Of a DNA stretch of 64,000 nucleotides, positions 12,964 through 23,151 are shown in pieces. This stretch comes from Rhynchopus sp. YZ270_cl-10 (lineage: Eukaryota), in NCBI GenBank assembly GCA_964035575.1, contig OZ037844.1, forward strand, positions 1,550,001-1,614,000. Reading direction: 5' to 3'. The stretch's first letter is position 1. Each line of letters starts with the position of its first letter. Under the pieces are notes generated by a model. That model was given only the letters and a program-made list of their open reading frames with translations, ran no database searches and was not told where the DNA came from. The position numbers and the translations under genes are program-made.

Positions 12964-13398
12964 CCTGGGTACCTGGGTACCTGGGTACCTGGGTACCTGG
13001 GTACCTGGGTACCTGGGTACCTGGGTACCTGGGTACCTGGGCACCTGGGTGTGCCTGTCGGACCCCAGGGTCCGGCAGTCGGACTCAGGGGTCCGACTGT
13101 TCCTGGCTGTTCCTGGACCTGGACCTGGGTACCTGGGTACCTGGGTACCTGGGTACCTGGGTACCTGGGTACCTGGGTACCTGGGTACCTGGGTACCTGG
13201 GTACCTGGGTACCTGGGTACCTGGGTACCTGGGTACCTGGGCACCTGGGCACCTGGGTGTGCCTGTCGGACCCCAGGGTCCGGCAGTCGGACTCAGGGGT
13301 CCGACTGTGAGTCCGACAGTCGGACCCCTGAGTCCGACTGTCGGACTCAGGGGGTCCGACTGTCGGACCCCCTCGGACTCCGACAAAAGGGTCCGACA
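12964..13398. repeat. Two (CCTGGGTA)n 8-mer arrays, each followed by GTCCGAC palindromes
   Basis: Arrays at ~12964-13050 and ~13123-13258 within a duplicated array-plus-palindrome unit. Confidence 0.95.
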
Positions 13399-13822
13399 TT
13401 TCCAGGACAGACTGCACCGTGTGGAGAACATGGTCAGATCACTCTTCTCACCACCTGGGTATGCTTTTAACACCAAAAACTACTTTTTGTTCAGGGCATT
13501 TGTCCTGGGAAACCCAGTTCACCCAGTGCGCACACTCCGTTTGCAACCAAAAGAGTGTGCCTTTGTACACCCCCTCTGGTATAAAACAGATAAGTAAGAC
13601 CACCACTCTTCTACCCCAGTACAGCACCTACCTGCTTTTTTGGTTTTATAGACCACCCAAATACAACAATTCACCGCACACCACACCTTTTCAAAAGTAA
13701 TCCACACACCCCCACCCACGCAGCAGGGGGGGGCCTGTTCACTCATTCAACCCCATACCCCATACCCCACGCACCCACATACATCCTCTCTTGGCAACCT
13801 TGGTTTTCCCCGTGGCGGTGTT

Positions 13823-16800
13823 ATGGATGCTTTTTGTGGGCCGCTTATTGTGATTATTTTCGGCCTCATTTCGCCATGTAGTGCTGCTACCGTGCCGCCA
13901 GAGTGGATAGACACGTACACACCCCTGGTTGGGGTGGAGGTCAGTGCGCTTGTGGTGCGGAACACCTATCTGTATGCTGGGGTGGTGGGCGAGGTGATGC
14001 AGCTTTCTTATGACAGTGTGCTGCATCGGTTCACTGAGCAAGGGATTGGTATCTTTGCAGATGTGACCAGCTGGGCCCTGAAGCCGTACAAAGGGAGCAC
14101 CACGAGCATGATGGCGCTTATGACGACGCCTAGCGGGTTGAAATACGCGCGTCTCAATGTGCCGAAGCCGGTTGCAGACTTTACAGGTGCGGTGCGGTCG
14201 ATCAGCGGATCGCCCAATGTGCGGTGTTCGCGCATCGAACAGCATTCGGGTGTGACGGAGTGGTCGTATCTCTGTTGCGACCATGCGGTGCTGTATGCCG
14301 CGCATGTGGACGGCACGCACTCCCCCATAGCATTGGCAGGGAACTGTGTCGATGTGGCATATGTGCAGTCGTCGCAGCGTCTGTACGTAGGGCACACAGC
14401 AGGTGTTACAGTGTACGATGCGTCAAGCCCAGGTGCGCCAGTGGAGCTCCCTGCACGGTACATCCCCATGCCAGGTATTGTGACCTTCGACTACAGCAAG
14501 TCAGGCAACTTCCTCACAATGGTGGCAGAGAGCCCGACGTCGCCAGGGCAGACGTCGGTGCTCACCGTTCCGTTGACAGGCACAGTGTACGACAGGGAGA
14601 TCGCAGTGGGTGCGCCCTCAAGGTTGGCGTATTGTCTGAGGGCGGAAGCGCTCCTGTATGACCAGGTGGACACGTTCCTGTATAAAGGGAGCTCGACCTC
14701 GTTGGTGAATATGGGTGCCATGCCAGGTGGTGCCTGGCAGTTGGGTCCCGGCACCCCCACAATGGATTTCGTGGTGATGCGCGACGGTTGGGTGGTCTAC
14801 GTCTCGCACGACACAGTGTACATCTACTCGTCGGATTCGAATGTCATAGACACCACAGGAGTGCCGGATACGCCGTCGCCGCCGACACCCGCCCCAGCTG
14901 TCCCACCGACGCCTGCACCTGTTACTCCGGCACCGCCAACACCCGCGCCAGCGACGCCAGCACCCCCCACACCATCACCTGCAACACCCGCACCGGTAAC
15001 TCCAGCACCAGTGACACCTTCGCCCGCAACACCCGCCCCGCTAACACCCGCACCACTCACGCCTGCACCTGTTACTCCGGCACCGCCAACACCCGCGCCA
15101 GCGACGCCATCACCTCCCACACCATCACCTGCGACACCCGCACCGGTAACTCCAGCACCAGTGACACCAGCACCAGCGACGCCTTCGCCCGCAACACCTG
15201 TCCCGCTGACTCCGTCGCCACTCACAACATCACCGGAAACACCCGCACCACTCACTCCTGCACCACTCACTCCTGCACCACTCACGCCTGCACCTGTCAC
15301 TCCGGCACCGCCAACACCCGCGCCAGCGACGCCAGCACCCCCCACACCATCACCTGCGACACCCGCACCAGCAACCCCAGCACCAGTGACACCTTCGCCC
15401 GCAACAACAGCACCACTCACACCGTCACCGGAAACACCCGTCCCAGCCACACCTGCACCACTGACACCTCCGCCTGCAACACCATCACCACCAACACTTG
15501 CACCTGTAACAGCTGCGCCACAAACACCCGCACCGCCAACACTTGCGCCTGTCACCCTTGCACCTGCCACACCCGCACCAGCGACACCTTCACCGCCTTC
15601 CCCAGTTCCTGCAACACCTGCACCACAAACACTGGCACCTGCAACACCAGTACCTGCCACCCCTTCACCTGCCACTGCCTTCCCGGCAACACCCGCACCT
15701 CTTACCTCAGCACCCGTGACGTCTGTGCCCCTGACACTCACACCCCCCACTCCTTCACCGCCAACTCTCGCGCCCACCTCCCTTGCGCCTGCAACACCTT
15801 CACCAGCAACACTTGCACCTGTAACAACTGCGCCACAAACACCCGCACCAGCGACACCTGCACCCACGCCACTACCAATGGGGAACACGTTTTCACCTAC
15901 CGCAGTGCCACTGACCCCTGCACCACCGACACCCGCACCAGCGACACTTGACCCCACACCACTGCCAATGGGTAGCACATTTTCGCCCACTGCAGTACCT
16001 GCCACACCTTCACCACCAACACCCGCACCAACACCACTGCCAATGGGTAACACATTTTCGCCCACTGGAGTGCCACTGACCCCTGCACCTGCCACTCCAT
16101 CACCACCAACACCCGCACCCACACCACTCCCAATGGGGAGCACATTTTCCCCAACAACTCTCGTGCCACCCACATCAACACCAACGATGCTTCCTGCCGG
16201 GCAGACTGTTGTGCCTTCGACACCTCTCCCACAAACAGCAACGCCCACAACGTTGCCTGCCACCGCACTGCCTGCAGGCACCACATTGGCACCACCGACA
16301 CCTGCACCAACAACACTGTCCCCGCTGACGCTGTCGCCACCTACACTGGCACCACCAACACACGCGCCGCTAACAGCACTGCCACTCACACCCCTGCCAC
16401 CGACCTCGCAGCCCTTGGCTTCTTCGGCACCAACTGCAGCACCCGCAACAACAGTGCCCCACACTGCACTGCCGACAACAGCACCAACACCCGCGTCAAC
16501 GCTTTCCCCTGACCTGAGTGCAGGGCCCTTGGTTGCGACCCCACTGCCTTCGTCTGACATGCAGTCGCAGGTGCCACTCACACAGACACCGACTCCAGCA
16601 CCACTGCCCACCCCAACACAGGCCGTTGGTGCTGTGGGTGACAGTGACAGTGGCAGTGGGAAGCTCGACCACGTGCGTGCACACCACAGCAAGCACACGG
16701 TACAGACAATGGACAAGGCAACTGTGACGGCAGAAACAGTCTCCGGAGTGTCCAGTGCAGCGTCTGTCGTGTCCGGAGCCTCTGCCGGGTCAGCCCTTCG

Positions 16801-18172
16801 TCTTGCTGTGGTGGGGCAGCTGTGCAAGCTTGGCCAGCCGATGGAGAAAAGGACGTACCCACTGCTGCTGCACCCGACACAGTGGGTGCTGTTTGGGTCG
16901 CAAGCAGCTGGGGTTGTGGTGGGGAACTTTGTGATCACTATCTCGTTCTGGCTTGTGATGAGCCTTGTTGTGCAGGCTGTGCATTGCACTGGCTACTTCA
17001 AGAGCATGGATGCCATGGGTCTGTGCAGGTTCCCTTCGTCACCGCTGTTTGTGTTCCAATTTCTCCTGCAGGGAACATCGCTTGGTGCGATGGCACTTGT
17101 GTTCTACCCACCGTCAACACCACTCTTCCTGCTGGGCGCTGCGAGTCTTATGTTCTGCTGCGTTGTGCCGTTCTACGTGCTGTACTCTGTGTGCAACGGC
17201 GTTCCCCGGAAGGCGTACTACCTGCACGACGTGGACGTGGACAGGAAGACGTGGCTGAGTGCACTGATCGGGCCTGGTGAGTGGGTGAGCAGGTTTGAGA
17301 CGAACATGTGGTCGTACCGCTACGCAGCGGTGGTGCGTCCGTACCGACAGGAGTGGGCGTGCTACTCGTTTGTGGAGATGGCGGCAAGTCTGACTGTGGC
17401 AGCTGTGGACAGCACCACTGCACACAGCCTTGTTGCCTGTGGACACCAGAAGACGGGGAGTGCTGTGGTCTTCATTGTGCTTCTCGTTGCGGAGATATGC
17501 GCGTGGCCACATGCACGTGCACGTGACGGGTACATGCTGCCTGCGTTCCAATGCATGCAGGCGTCTGCACTGCTGCTTATGGCTACGGGGTACTACGTTG
17601 AGAACACAGACTACTGGACATTTGGTGCGGCAGCCAAACTGCTTGTTGCGTGTGCAGGGGTGCTTGTCCTCAAGGTTGTGCTGGACGTGTGTTCTGAGAT
17701 CTACATCTACTGCACGGGGCGCAGGGACAGACTGCACGAGCTTGCACTACAGCCGAAGCCGCTTTCCATGTGTGCTGTGGAGGTTGTGTCGCAGGACTGG
17801 GACATGGAGACGGCACATACGTCGTTTGACGTCAGCTGCAGTTTGGACATCACCTCAAGGTACGCACCTGCCACACCCGTCACACCTACCACACCGATCC
17901 CGGAGCTGATGTCGCCTTTGCACGCGTCGTTCCTGTCGACACCGCTCGCGACGCCTACAGGTCGCAGGCGGCGCAGCCACACACACCTCCTCCCTGGTGC
18001 AGCAACACCCTCGCCGCAGGACACCTTGTCCCCTACAGGCAGAGGCACCACGCCTACCAAGAGACGCACCCTCACGTACGACTGCATGGTGGACATGATC
18101 TCCGGTATCGACACTGTGCAGCACCCACAGAAGCAACGGAGCAGCAGCAGTAGCACCGCCACTGCGGCGTAA
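13823..18172 (+). CDS. Mucin-stalk multipass membrane surface protein, paralogue 1 (bodonin/adhesion-receptor-like architecture), 1449 aa
   Basis: Signal peptide, ~320-aa beta-rich Cys-containing head, TPAP/TPSP stalk (~14860-16620), multipass hydrophobic domain (~16720-17750), Ser/Thr-rich tail; three paralogues in window. Confidence 0.9.
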   Translation: MDAFCGPLIVIIFGLISPCSAATVPPEWIDTYTPLVGVEVSALVVRNTYLYAGVVGEVMQLSYDSVLHRFTEQGIGIFADVTSWALKPYKGSTTSMMALMTTPSGLKYARLNVPKPVADFTGAVRSISGSPNVRCSRIEQHSGVTEWSYLCCDHAVLYAAHVDGTHSPIALAGNCVDVAYVQSSQRLYVGHTAGVTVYDASSPGAPVELPARYIPMPGIVTFDYSKSGNFLTMVAESPTSPGQTSVLTVPLTGTVYDREIAVGAPSRLAYCLRAEALLYDQVDTFLYKGSSTSLVNMGAMPGGAWQLGPGTPTMDFVVMRDGWVVYVSHDTVYIYSSDSNVIDTTGVPDTPSPPTPAPAVPPTPAPVTPAPPTPAPATPAPPTPSPATPAPVTPAPVTPSPATPAPLTPAPLTPAPVTPAPPTPAPATPSPPTPSPATPAPVTPAPVTPAPATPSPATPVPLTPSPLTTSPETPAPLTPAPLTPAPLTPAPVTPAPPTPAPATPAPPTPSPATPAPATPAPVTPSPATTAPLTPSPETPVPATPAPLTPPPATPSPPTLAPVTAAPQTPAPPTLAPVTLAPATPAPATPSPPSPVPATPAPQTLAPATPVPATPSPATAFPATPAPLTSAPVTSVPLTLTPPTPSPPTLAPTSLAPATPSPATLAPVTTAPQTPAPATPAPTPLPMGNTFSPTAVPLTPAPPTPAPATLDPTPLPMGSTFSPTAVPATPSPPTPAPTPLPMGNTFSPTGVPLTPAPATPSPPTPAPTPLPMGSTFSPTTLVPPTSTPTMLPAGQTVVPSTPLPQTATPTTLPATALPAGTTLAPPTPAPTTLSPLTLSPPTLAPPTHAPLTALPLTPLPPTSQPLASSAPTAAPATTVPHTALPTTAPTPASTLSPDLSAGPLVATPLPSSDMQSQVPLTQTPTPAPLPTPTQAVGAVGDSDSGSGKLDHVRAHHSKHTVQTMDKATVTAETVSGVSSAASVVSGASAGSALRLAVVGQLCKLGQPMEKRTYPLLLHPTQWVLFGSQAAGVVVGNFVITISFWLVMSLVVQAVHCTGYFKSMDAMGLCRFPSSPLFVFQFLLQGTSLGAMALVFYPPSTPLFLLGAASLMFCCVVPFYVLYSVCNGVPRKAYYLHDVDVDRKTWLSALIGPGEWVSRFETNMWSYRYAAVVRPYRQEWACYSFVEMAASLTVAAVDSTTAHSLVACGHQKTGSAVVFIVLLVAEICAWPHARARDGYMLPAFQCMQASALLLMATGYYVENTDYWTFGAAAKLLVACAGVLVLKVVLDVCSEIYIYCTGRRDRLHELALQPKPLSMCAVEVVSQDWDMETAHTSFDVSCSLDITSRYAPATPVTPTTPIPELMSPLHASFLSTPLATPTGRRRRSHTHLLPGAATPSPQDTLSPTGRGTTPTKRRTLTYDCMVDMISGIDTVQHPQKQRSSSSSTATAA

Positions 18173-18262
18173 TGGTGGGAATTGGCGGGATGTGGGTGAT
18201 GGGTGTTGCTCCCTCGATTATGTGTACTGTTTCATAGTCGAAAACGTAGAAATAATATATAT

Positions 18263-19171
18263 TATTGACGTGTAATATTTTTGCCTTTATTTCACGCACA
18301 GCCCCAAAAAACCCCGAGGAGTGGTTTTTTTCCCCGAGGGCGCAGCCCGAGGGGAAAAAATACCACTCCGAGGGGTTTTGGGGCTGTAAGTGAAATTAAG
18401 GCAAAATATTACACCAACAATACATTTTTTTATTGCACAACGGGGCACTTTTATTTCACAACCCGGGGGTCTGCTAAACGCTTAGTTCTCAAGGCTTACG
18501 TTCATCGTATCAACTTCCCTTTGGTGTTGGGGTTATCTTCATTCAATTTTTTCTCTTTTCGAAATATCTTTATCTCCTGTATCACAACCTTGCAGAGTTG
18601 CTGATGTCCGACCTAAACACCATTGAGGCAGATGGAGTGGCCACTCCACAGGCAGCACTGTTCCCGTAGGTGGGCACACCCCACCCCCACCAGCCGCATC
18701 CGCTTCCATCTAAGGTGAAACAGGTGAAAAAATCCCTCAGATGGTCAAAATACCCAAATTTTGCGTTTTTTTGCATTTTTCGGTACCCCAAGACCCCACC
18801 CAGGAGTCGAAATTTTCCGGGGGGAAAAATTTTTTTTTCCCCGATTTTTCGGATTTTTGCTAAGGCGCTGGCCCATACAAACCGGTTTTTTGTACAGAAA
18901 ATGACCGGGGAATAAATATGTGATGCTCAAAACATCAAAATTCTTGCTTTATTTGCATTTTTGGGTCCATCTGAGCCCAAAAAAAAATTTTTTTTTTCGG
19001 CCGAAAATTTTGTCTTTGCGAAAAAAAAAAAAAAAAAATCGAGCAGTGAAATAAAGAGTGAAATAAAGAGTGAAATAAAGAAATAAAGCCTTTTTTATTT
19101 CACTGCCGTTTTTATTTTTCTACAGGAATTTGTTAGGGGAGTGAAATTAAAGTGCCCCGACGTGCAATAAA
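18263..19171. mobile_element. Non-autonomous element with long hairpin, related in style to 9819-10660
   Basis: ~160-bp palindrome 18263-18422 centred on GAGGGCGCAGCCCGAG; second inverted pair ~18427-18459 / 19141-19171; GTGAAATAA repeats at 19046-19090. Confidence 0.55.
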
Positions 19172-20851
19172 ACAACGTAAAATTTCTTTCAATGAGAAGA
19201 GAGGGTCCAGTCTGTCTTTTGTGGACTAGGATGAGCTCGTACCACTTTATTTCATTTGTCTGGTACACTGTCACGAGAGGGCTTTGTTCAAGTCAACTTT
19301 CATTTTTGTTCTGATATTTTGTTTTTCAGTATTTCCGTTTTTTTTGTTATCGTTATTTTTACTTTGAGACATAAGTACTACTGACCCGGTGCCCACCGGT
19401 TACAGCTTACACCAAACCATTTAGTTACCGGATCCCTGCATTTCCATAACCAACGCGGGGGATCCCGTACCTACGGTCCACAGAGGCGATTTGCACACCT
19501 TTTTTTTAGAGGCCTCGGATTTTATGTGACTTAAACACTGCGAAACTTATAACCATCTTACTCGCTTCCATTCCTCAATCACTCCTTTTGATCCCCCTGC
19601 TGTGTTAGGGGCTTTTTCCCAATTTTGTAATGTGAGGACTGCACGAGCCTAGGCTCATTTTTTATATCATTTTCTGTTGTTAGATGCGCAACGTAAAGAC
19701 GGTTCATCTTTCAAGTTTTGTTGCCAACTTAGGGAACTTAACTATTTTTCTCTCCCCCGCAGTTTTTCACTCACCGCTCCGGACAGGACACTGCTAAACA
19801 GTGGCAAACCTGGTCCTTTGATGCGAACGTTCGAATAAAATGGCAATGCCCGTCTTTTTTGCTGTTTGCTTTTTGTTTAGTTTTCTTGCTTAGTTTCTTC
19901 AAATCATTCTTTAAGGTGACTGCACGAGAGGCTGGGACTCATCTTATAATTGTTCTTGTTCCTTTTCCATGCGTATAGTAGGTGACTAAGCACACAAAAG
20001 GCTTAGGTTAAGCTTACAACAAACTTTCTTTTTTTCCCTTGCATCTTACTAATCATCTCTTTTTACCCCCTTATTTGTACCATTTCCCCCAACACAACTG
20101 GTTGCATGTACACATGCACAGTACTACGTACACCACCTATGTTAAGCACAACTGTTAAGTACAACTACACAAATTCACGAAAGTACGCACAAGTGAGGGA
20201 AGCATGCCACCATGTAAATGATCCAAAAAATTTTCCCAGCATTTTTTTAACGCAAAAAAATCCCCGTTTTTCTTTGAAAAGACAAAGCAGCTCATGAAAA
20301 GGGGGAAGGGACGGAGTTTTTTCATTTCCCCACTTCCAGCTTTTTCTTAGCGTTTATGGGAAAGGTTCTACAGGACGCACCCTCGGATGTGCAATGTGTT
20401 GCACGCAGGTAAATTGGCCCCCCATTTATTTGGGCCTTGGCATTTGCTCCTTTTTTTAAGGTGACTAAGCACGAGAGGCTTAGTTCATGATTTTTTCATT
20501 CTTTTACAATGTAGGTTTCGAAAACTGTCTGGGCCTTGAGCGACAGCGGAACACTAACTACAAGTCCACAGAGGGTCATGCACTGATGAAGTCCACCTCT
20601 GTTTACAACTAATGTATGCGTTTAGGACTGAAACATGGACTTGTGGTACAGATGTACCACCCTACAAAAACTTTTGAATATGCATATTTACAAAAAAACA
20701 AAAACAAAACAAAAAGGATCCAAAAATACAACAAAAAAGATTGATGAATAACCAATGTTCAAAACATTAAGTAATCTAATCAGACTAAGCACGAGAGGCT
20801 TAGGATCATCTTATAAACTTCTCTTTTTTTTGGAAAGGTGACTGATCTATT

Positions 20852-20973
20852 ACCTGATTTTTACCCCGCGTAGGCGTGTATAGGCGCGTAAAGGCCCGTA
20901 CAGGCCAGTATAGGCCAAACCCCACCCATTTTCCCCAGCCTTTACGCGCCTATACGCGGAGTAAAAATCAGGT
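20852..20973. mobile_element. 122-bp MITE inserted within a family-A hairpin
   Basis: ACCTGATTTTTAC...GTAAAAATCAGGT TIR plus internal inverted TATAGGCGCGTAAAGGC / GCCTTTACGCGCCTATA. Confidence 0.7.
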
Positions 20974-21265
20974 GGACCTAGCTCGCCTTACAAAAACTTA
21001 TCTCTTCTTTTTGTACAGAAACCCACAGGATGAAGCTATCGGCCTTTCAACTGTACTGGTGTCTGTGTTGTGTTCCCTCAATGGGAACACAACCCTTTTT
21101 TGTGTGTGTTCATCTTTTCGATTTTATCAGCTTTGTTCGTATTTTCTTTTCTTTTATGATTAGGCAATTTACAATGCCAAAATTTCAGATAAACATTATG
21201 TGGATTTTATCTCTTTCGAGTTTTCTTGTTTTGTTATGAAATGGAGAGCCGGGGGGGAAAAAATA

Positions 21266-21370
21266 CAGTAAGACAACAAAACACCGGAGGGGTAAAAACT
21301 AAGGTAGATTTTTGTAATTTCAAAACTCTAAGGAGTGTTATTACCCCCTCCGATGTTTGTTGTCTTATTG
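21266..21370. mobile_element. pogo/Tc1-like MITE
   Basis: TA|CAGTAAGACAACAAAACACCGGAGGGG ... CCCCTCCGATGTTTGTTGTCTTATTG; relatives near 24773-24900 and 2377-2544. Confidence 0.65.
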
Positions 21371-22171
21371 CAGTCATTTAGTCATTCAGACGAAAAGGCT
21401 CAGGACGCAGATTTGCCTTCGTATTGTATAGTTCTATTCCAAGATGTTTTGGTACTATTTGGCCATGAACACCCAGGGACTATACCGTATAACAGTCATT
21501 GTACTGACCTGAAGGTTGGTTGTGATGCATTTTCTAGGTCCCAATGTTACACACAGCAAGACCCCTGACAAAAATGGGTTCGTCCCAGCCTGGAGTCATC
21601 ACGCTTGCGTGAGCCTTGAATGGTAAAGCATGGAATAACAAGGGATCGATTCTCTCAGATCACTTTGTTGGTTTACTGCCTGGGAAGGGAGTAATTCGGA
21701 CTGTCGGACTATGTAGCCAATGTTACACAACAGCAAGGCGGACGGCTCTCTTTTTTTCGTACACACCTCCTCCACTCTCCTCCTCTTCCTCCTGAACTTT
21801 TGTTTCTTTCATTTGCTCTCTTTTTTTTTTTTTCATTTGAGGGATGTGTTGAACGTCCTTTGTGTGTCTCTTGGAAATTGTATTTGACATTTATTGATAT
21901 TTTTTTTTTGTACGAATTACGGTACATGAAAACCGATTTGTTTCTCTGTTTGGTGGAGCGTTTTCCGGGGGGGTGAATCGCGCTAAATCGGGTGTCATCG
22001 GGCGTCATCGTGCGTAATCCTGAGTAATCGTGCATAATCGGGAATCATCGTGCTAGGGGAAATTTTTTTTTTCCTCGGTGAAATCCTTGGTGAAGCTTTT
22101 AAACACCGGCATTTGCATTTTCGGAATCCGTCTGGCCAGTGGTGGGGTCAATTTGCCGAAATGGACAAGTC

Positions 22172-22268
22172 CACAGTACACACAGTATACACAGTATACA
22201 CAGTATACACAGTATACACAGTATACACAGTATACACAGTATACACAGTATACACAGTATACACAGTA
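22172..22268. repeat. (CACAGTATA)n 9-mer array, ~11 units, inside a dispersed repeat
   Basis: Upstream flank (CCGGCATTTGCATTT...GCCGAAATGGACAAGT) recurs inverted at ~42835-42900 next to the same satellite. Confidence 0.95.
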
Positions 22269-22729
22269 CCCAAAAAAAGAAAAAACGTAATCGTGCTGTC
22301 ATCGGCCGTCATCGTGCGTCATCGGGCGTCATCCCACAGACCCTAAAACGCTCCATTTGGTCTAGACTCCTTCATTTGTGGGTTCTGGCAAATGCACCGT
22401 GCCACCTCAGGGTTCTTCTTCTTGGAAGGGGGCGCAAAAAGTGCTTTTTTGTTTTACATTATGAAATAGAAAATAACGGACACGGTTGCTGTATGCATCT
22501 GTTGTTTTGGTCCGTTTGTTTGTTGTGTGGTGCAGGCCGTACTCCCCCTGATTCTGATAACCGACTCCTGTCCCGGAGGGCTTATTTTGTTAAAAAAACG
22601 CCCGTTTGGTTTTTCTTGTGCTTTCATCCGGGGCCAGCGTACACTGGGTCAGTCGGAGGTGTGCCTGCATCAATATCCCCTCCTTGTGTTTTGCTAGTTA
22701 TTTTTACCTCTTTTGTTTGCTAGCTTTCG

Positions 22730-22764
22730 AAGGTGACTAAGCACGAGAGGCTTAGGGTCATCTT
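22730..22764 (+). promoter_or_regulatory. Canonical copy of 35-nt GNRA hairpin family A (candidate RNA cis-element or retroposon 3' end)
   Basis: AAGGTGA-CTAAGC-A-C(GAGA)G-GCTTAG-GG-TCATCTT; 20 or more intergenic copies seen only on +, with compensatory stem changes. The repeat itself is well supported, the function is inferred. Confidence 0.55.
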
Positions 22765-23058
22765 AATAAACTTTTCTCTTCTTCTTCTTTCCCACACACC
22801 CCCTTTTTTTTTTGAGCCTCTTTGCGACACCTACTGTGTGCATGTGTGTGGTGTTTATAAAGCACTCCCACTCTGCCGCAGTACTTTCTTGGTTTTTGGA
22901 GGAAAAATGGAATATGACAAGTTGACAGTGATGAATATGTGTATGCAAGTGAGGCATGTTCATAACTGTCAACTTGTCGCTTGTTTCTGATGTGTGTGCA
23001 GGAAGGGGCACAGCTTGTCTTTTAATTTTCTTGTTCTTTTTTTGTGATAATCTAAGTA

Positions 23059-23151
23059 TAGTAGGACAAGAAACTTAATAGTGGCGGATTTTGGGGGTTT
23101 TCTTGTAATTTTGGCGAATTTTTTTGGTCGCCAATATTACTTGTCCTACTG
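23059..23151. mobile_element. TA-flanked pogo-like MITE
   Basis: TA|TAGTAGGACAAG ... CTTGTCCTACTG|TA. Confidence 0.65.

Noticed and set aside
14824..16989. Long Gly/Val/Ala-rich minus-strand ORFs (also 26597-28468, 38359-39717, 49031-50368)
   Set aside because: Antisense shadows of Pro/Thr/Ala codon-rich stalks
19913..20812. CRISPR-like array of ~35-nt palindromic repeats
   Set aside because: Irregular spacing of tens to thousands of bp, degenerate repeats, no cas genes, eukaryotic context
22730..22764. Hairpin A as a sarcin-ricin loop copy or group II intron domain V
   Set aside because: Shares ACGAGAGG, or size, GNRA loop and 2-nt bulge, but lacks the AGUA/GAA loop-E motif and the AGC/CGC triad; no flanking rRNA or intron domains
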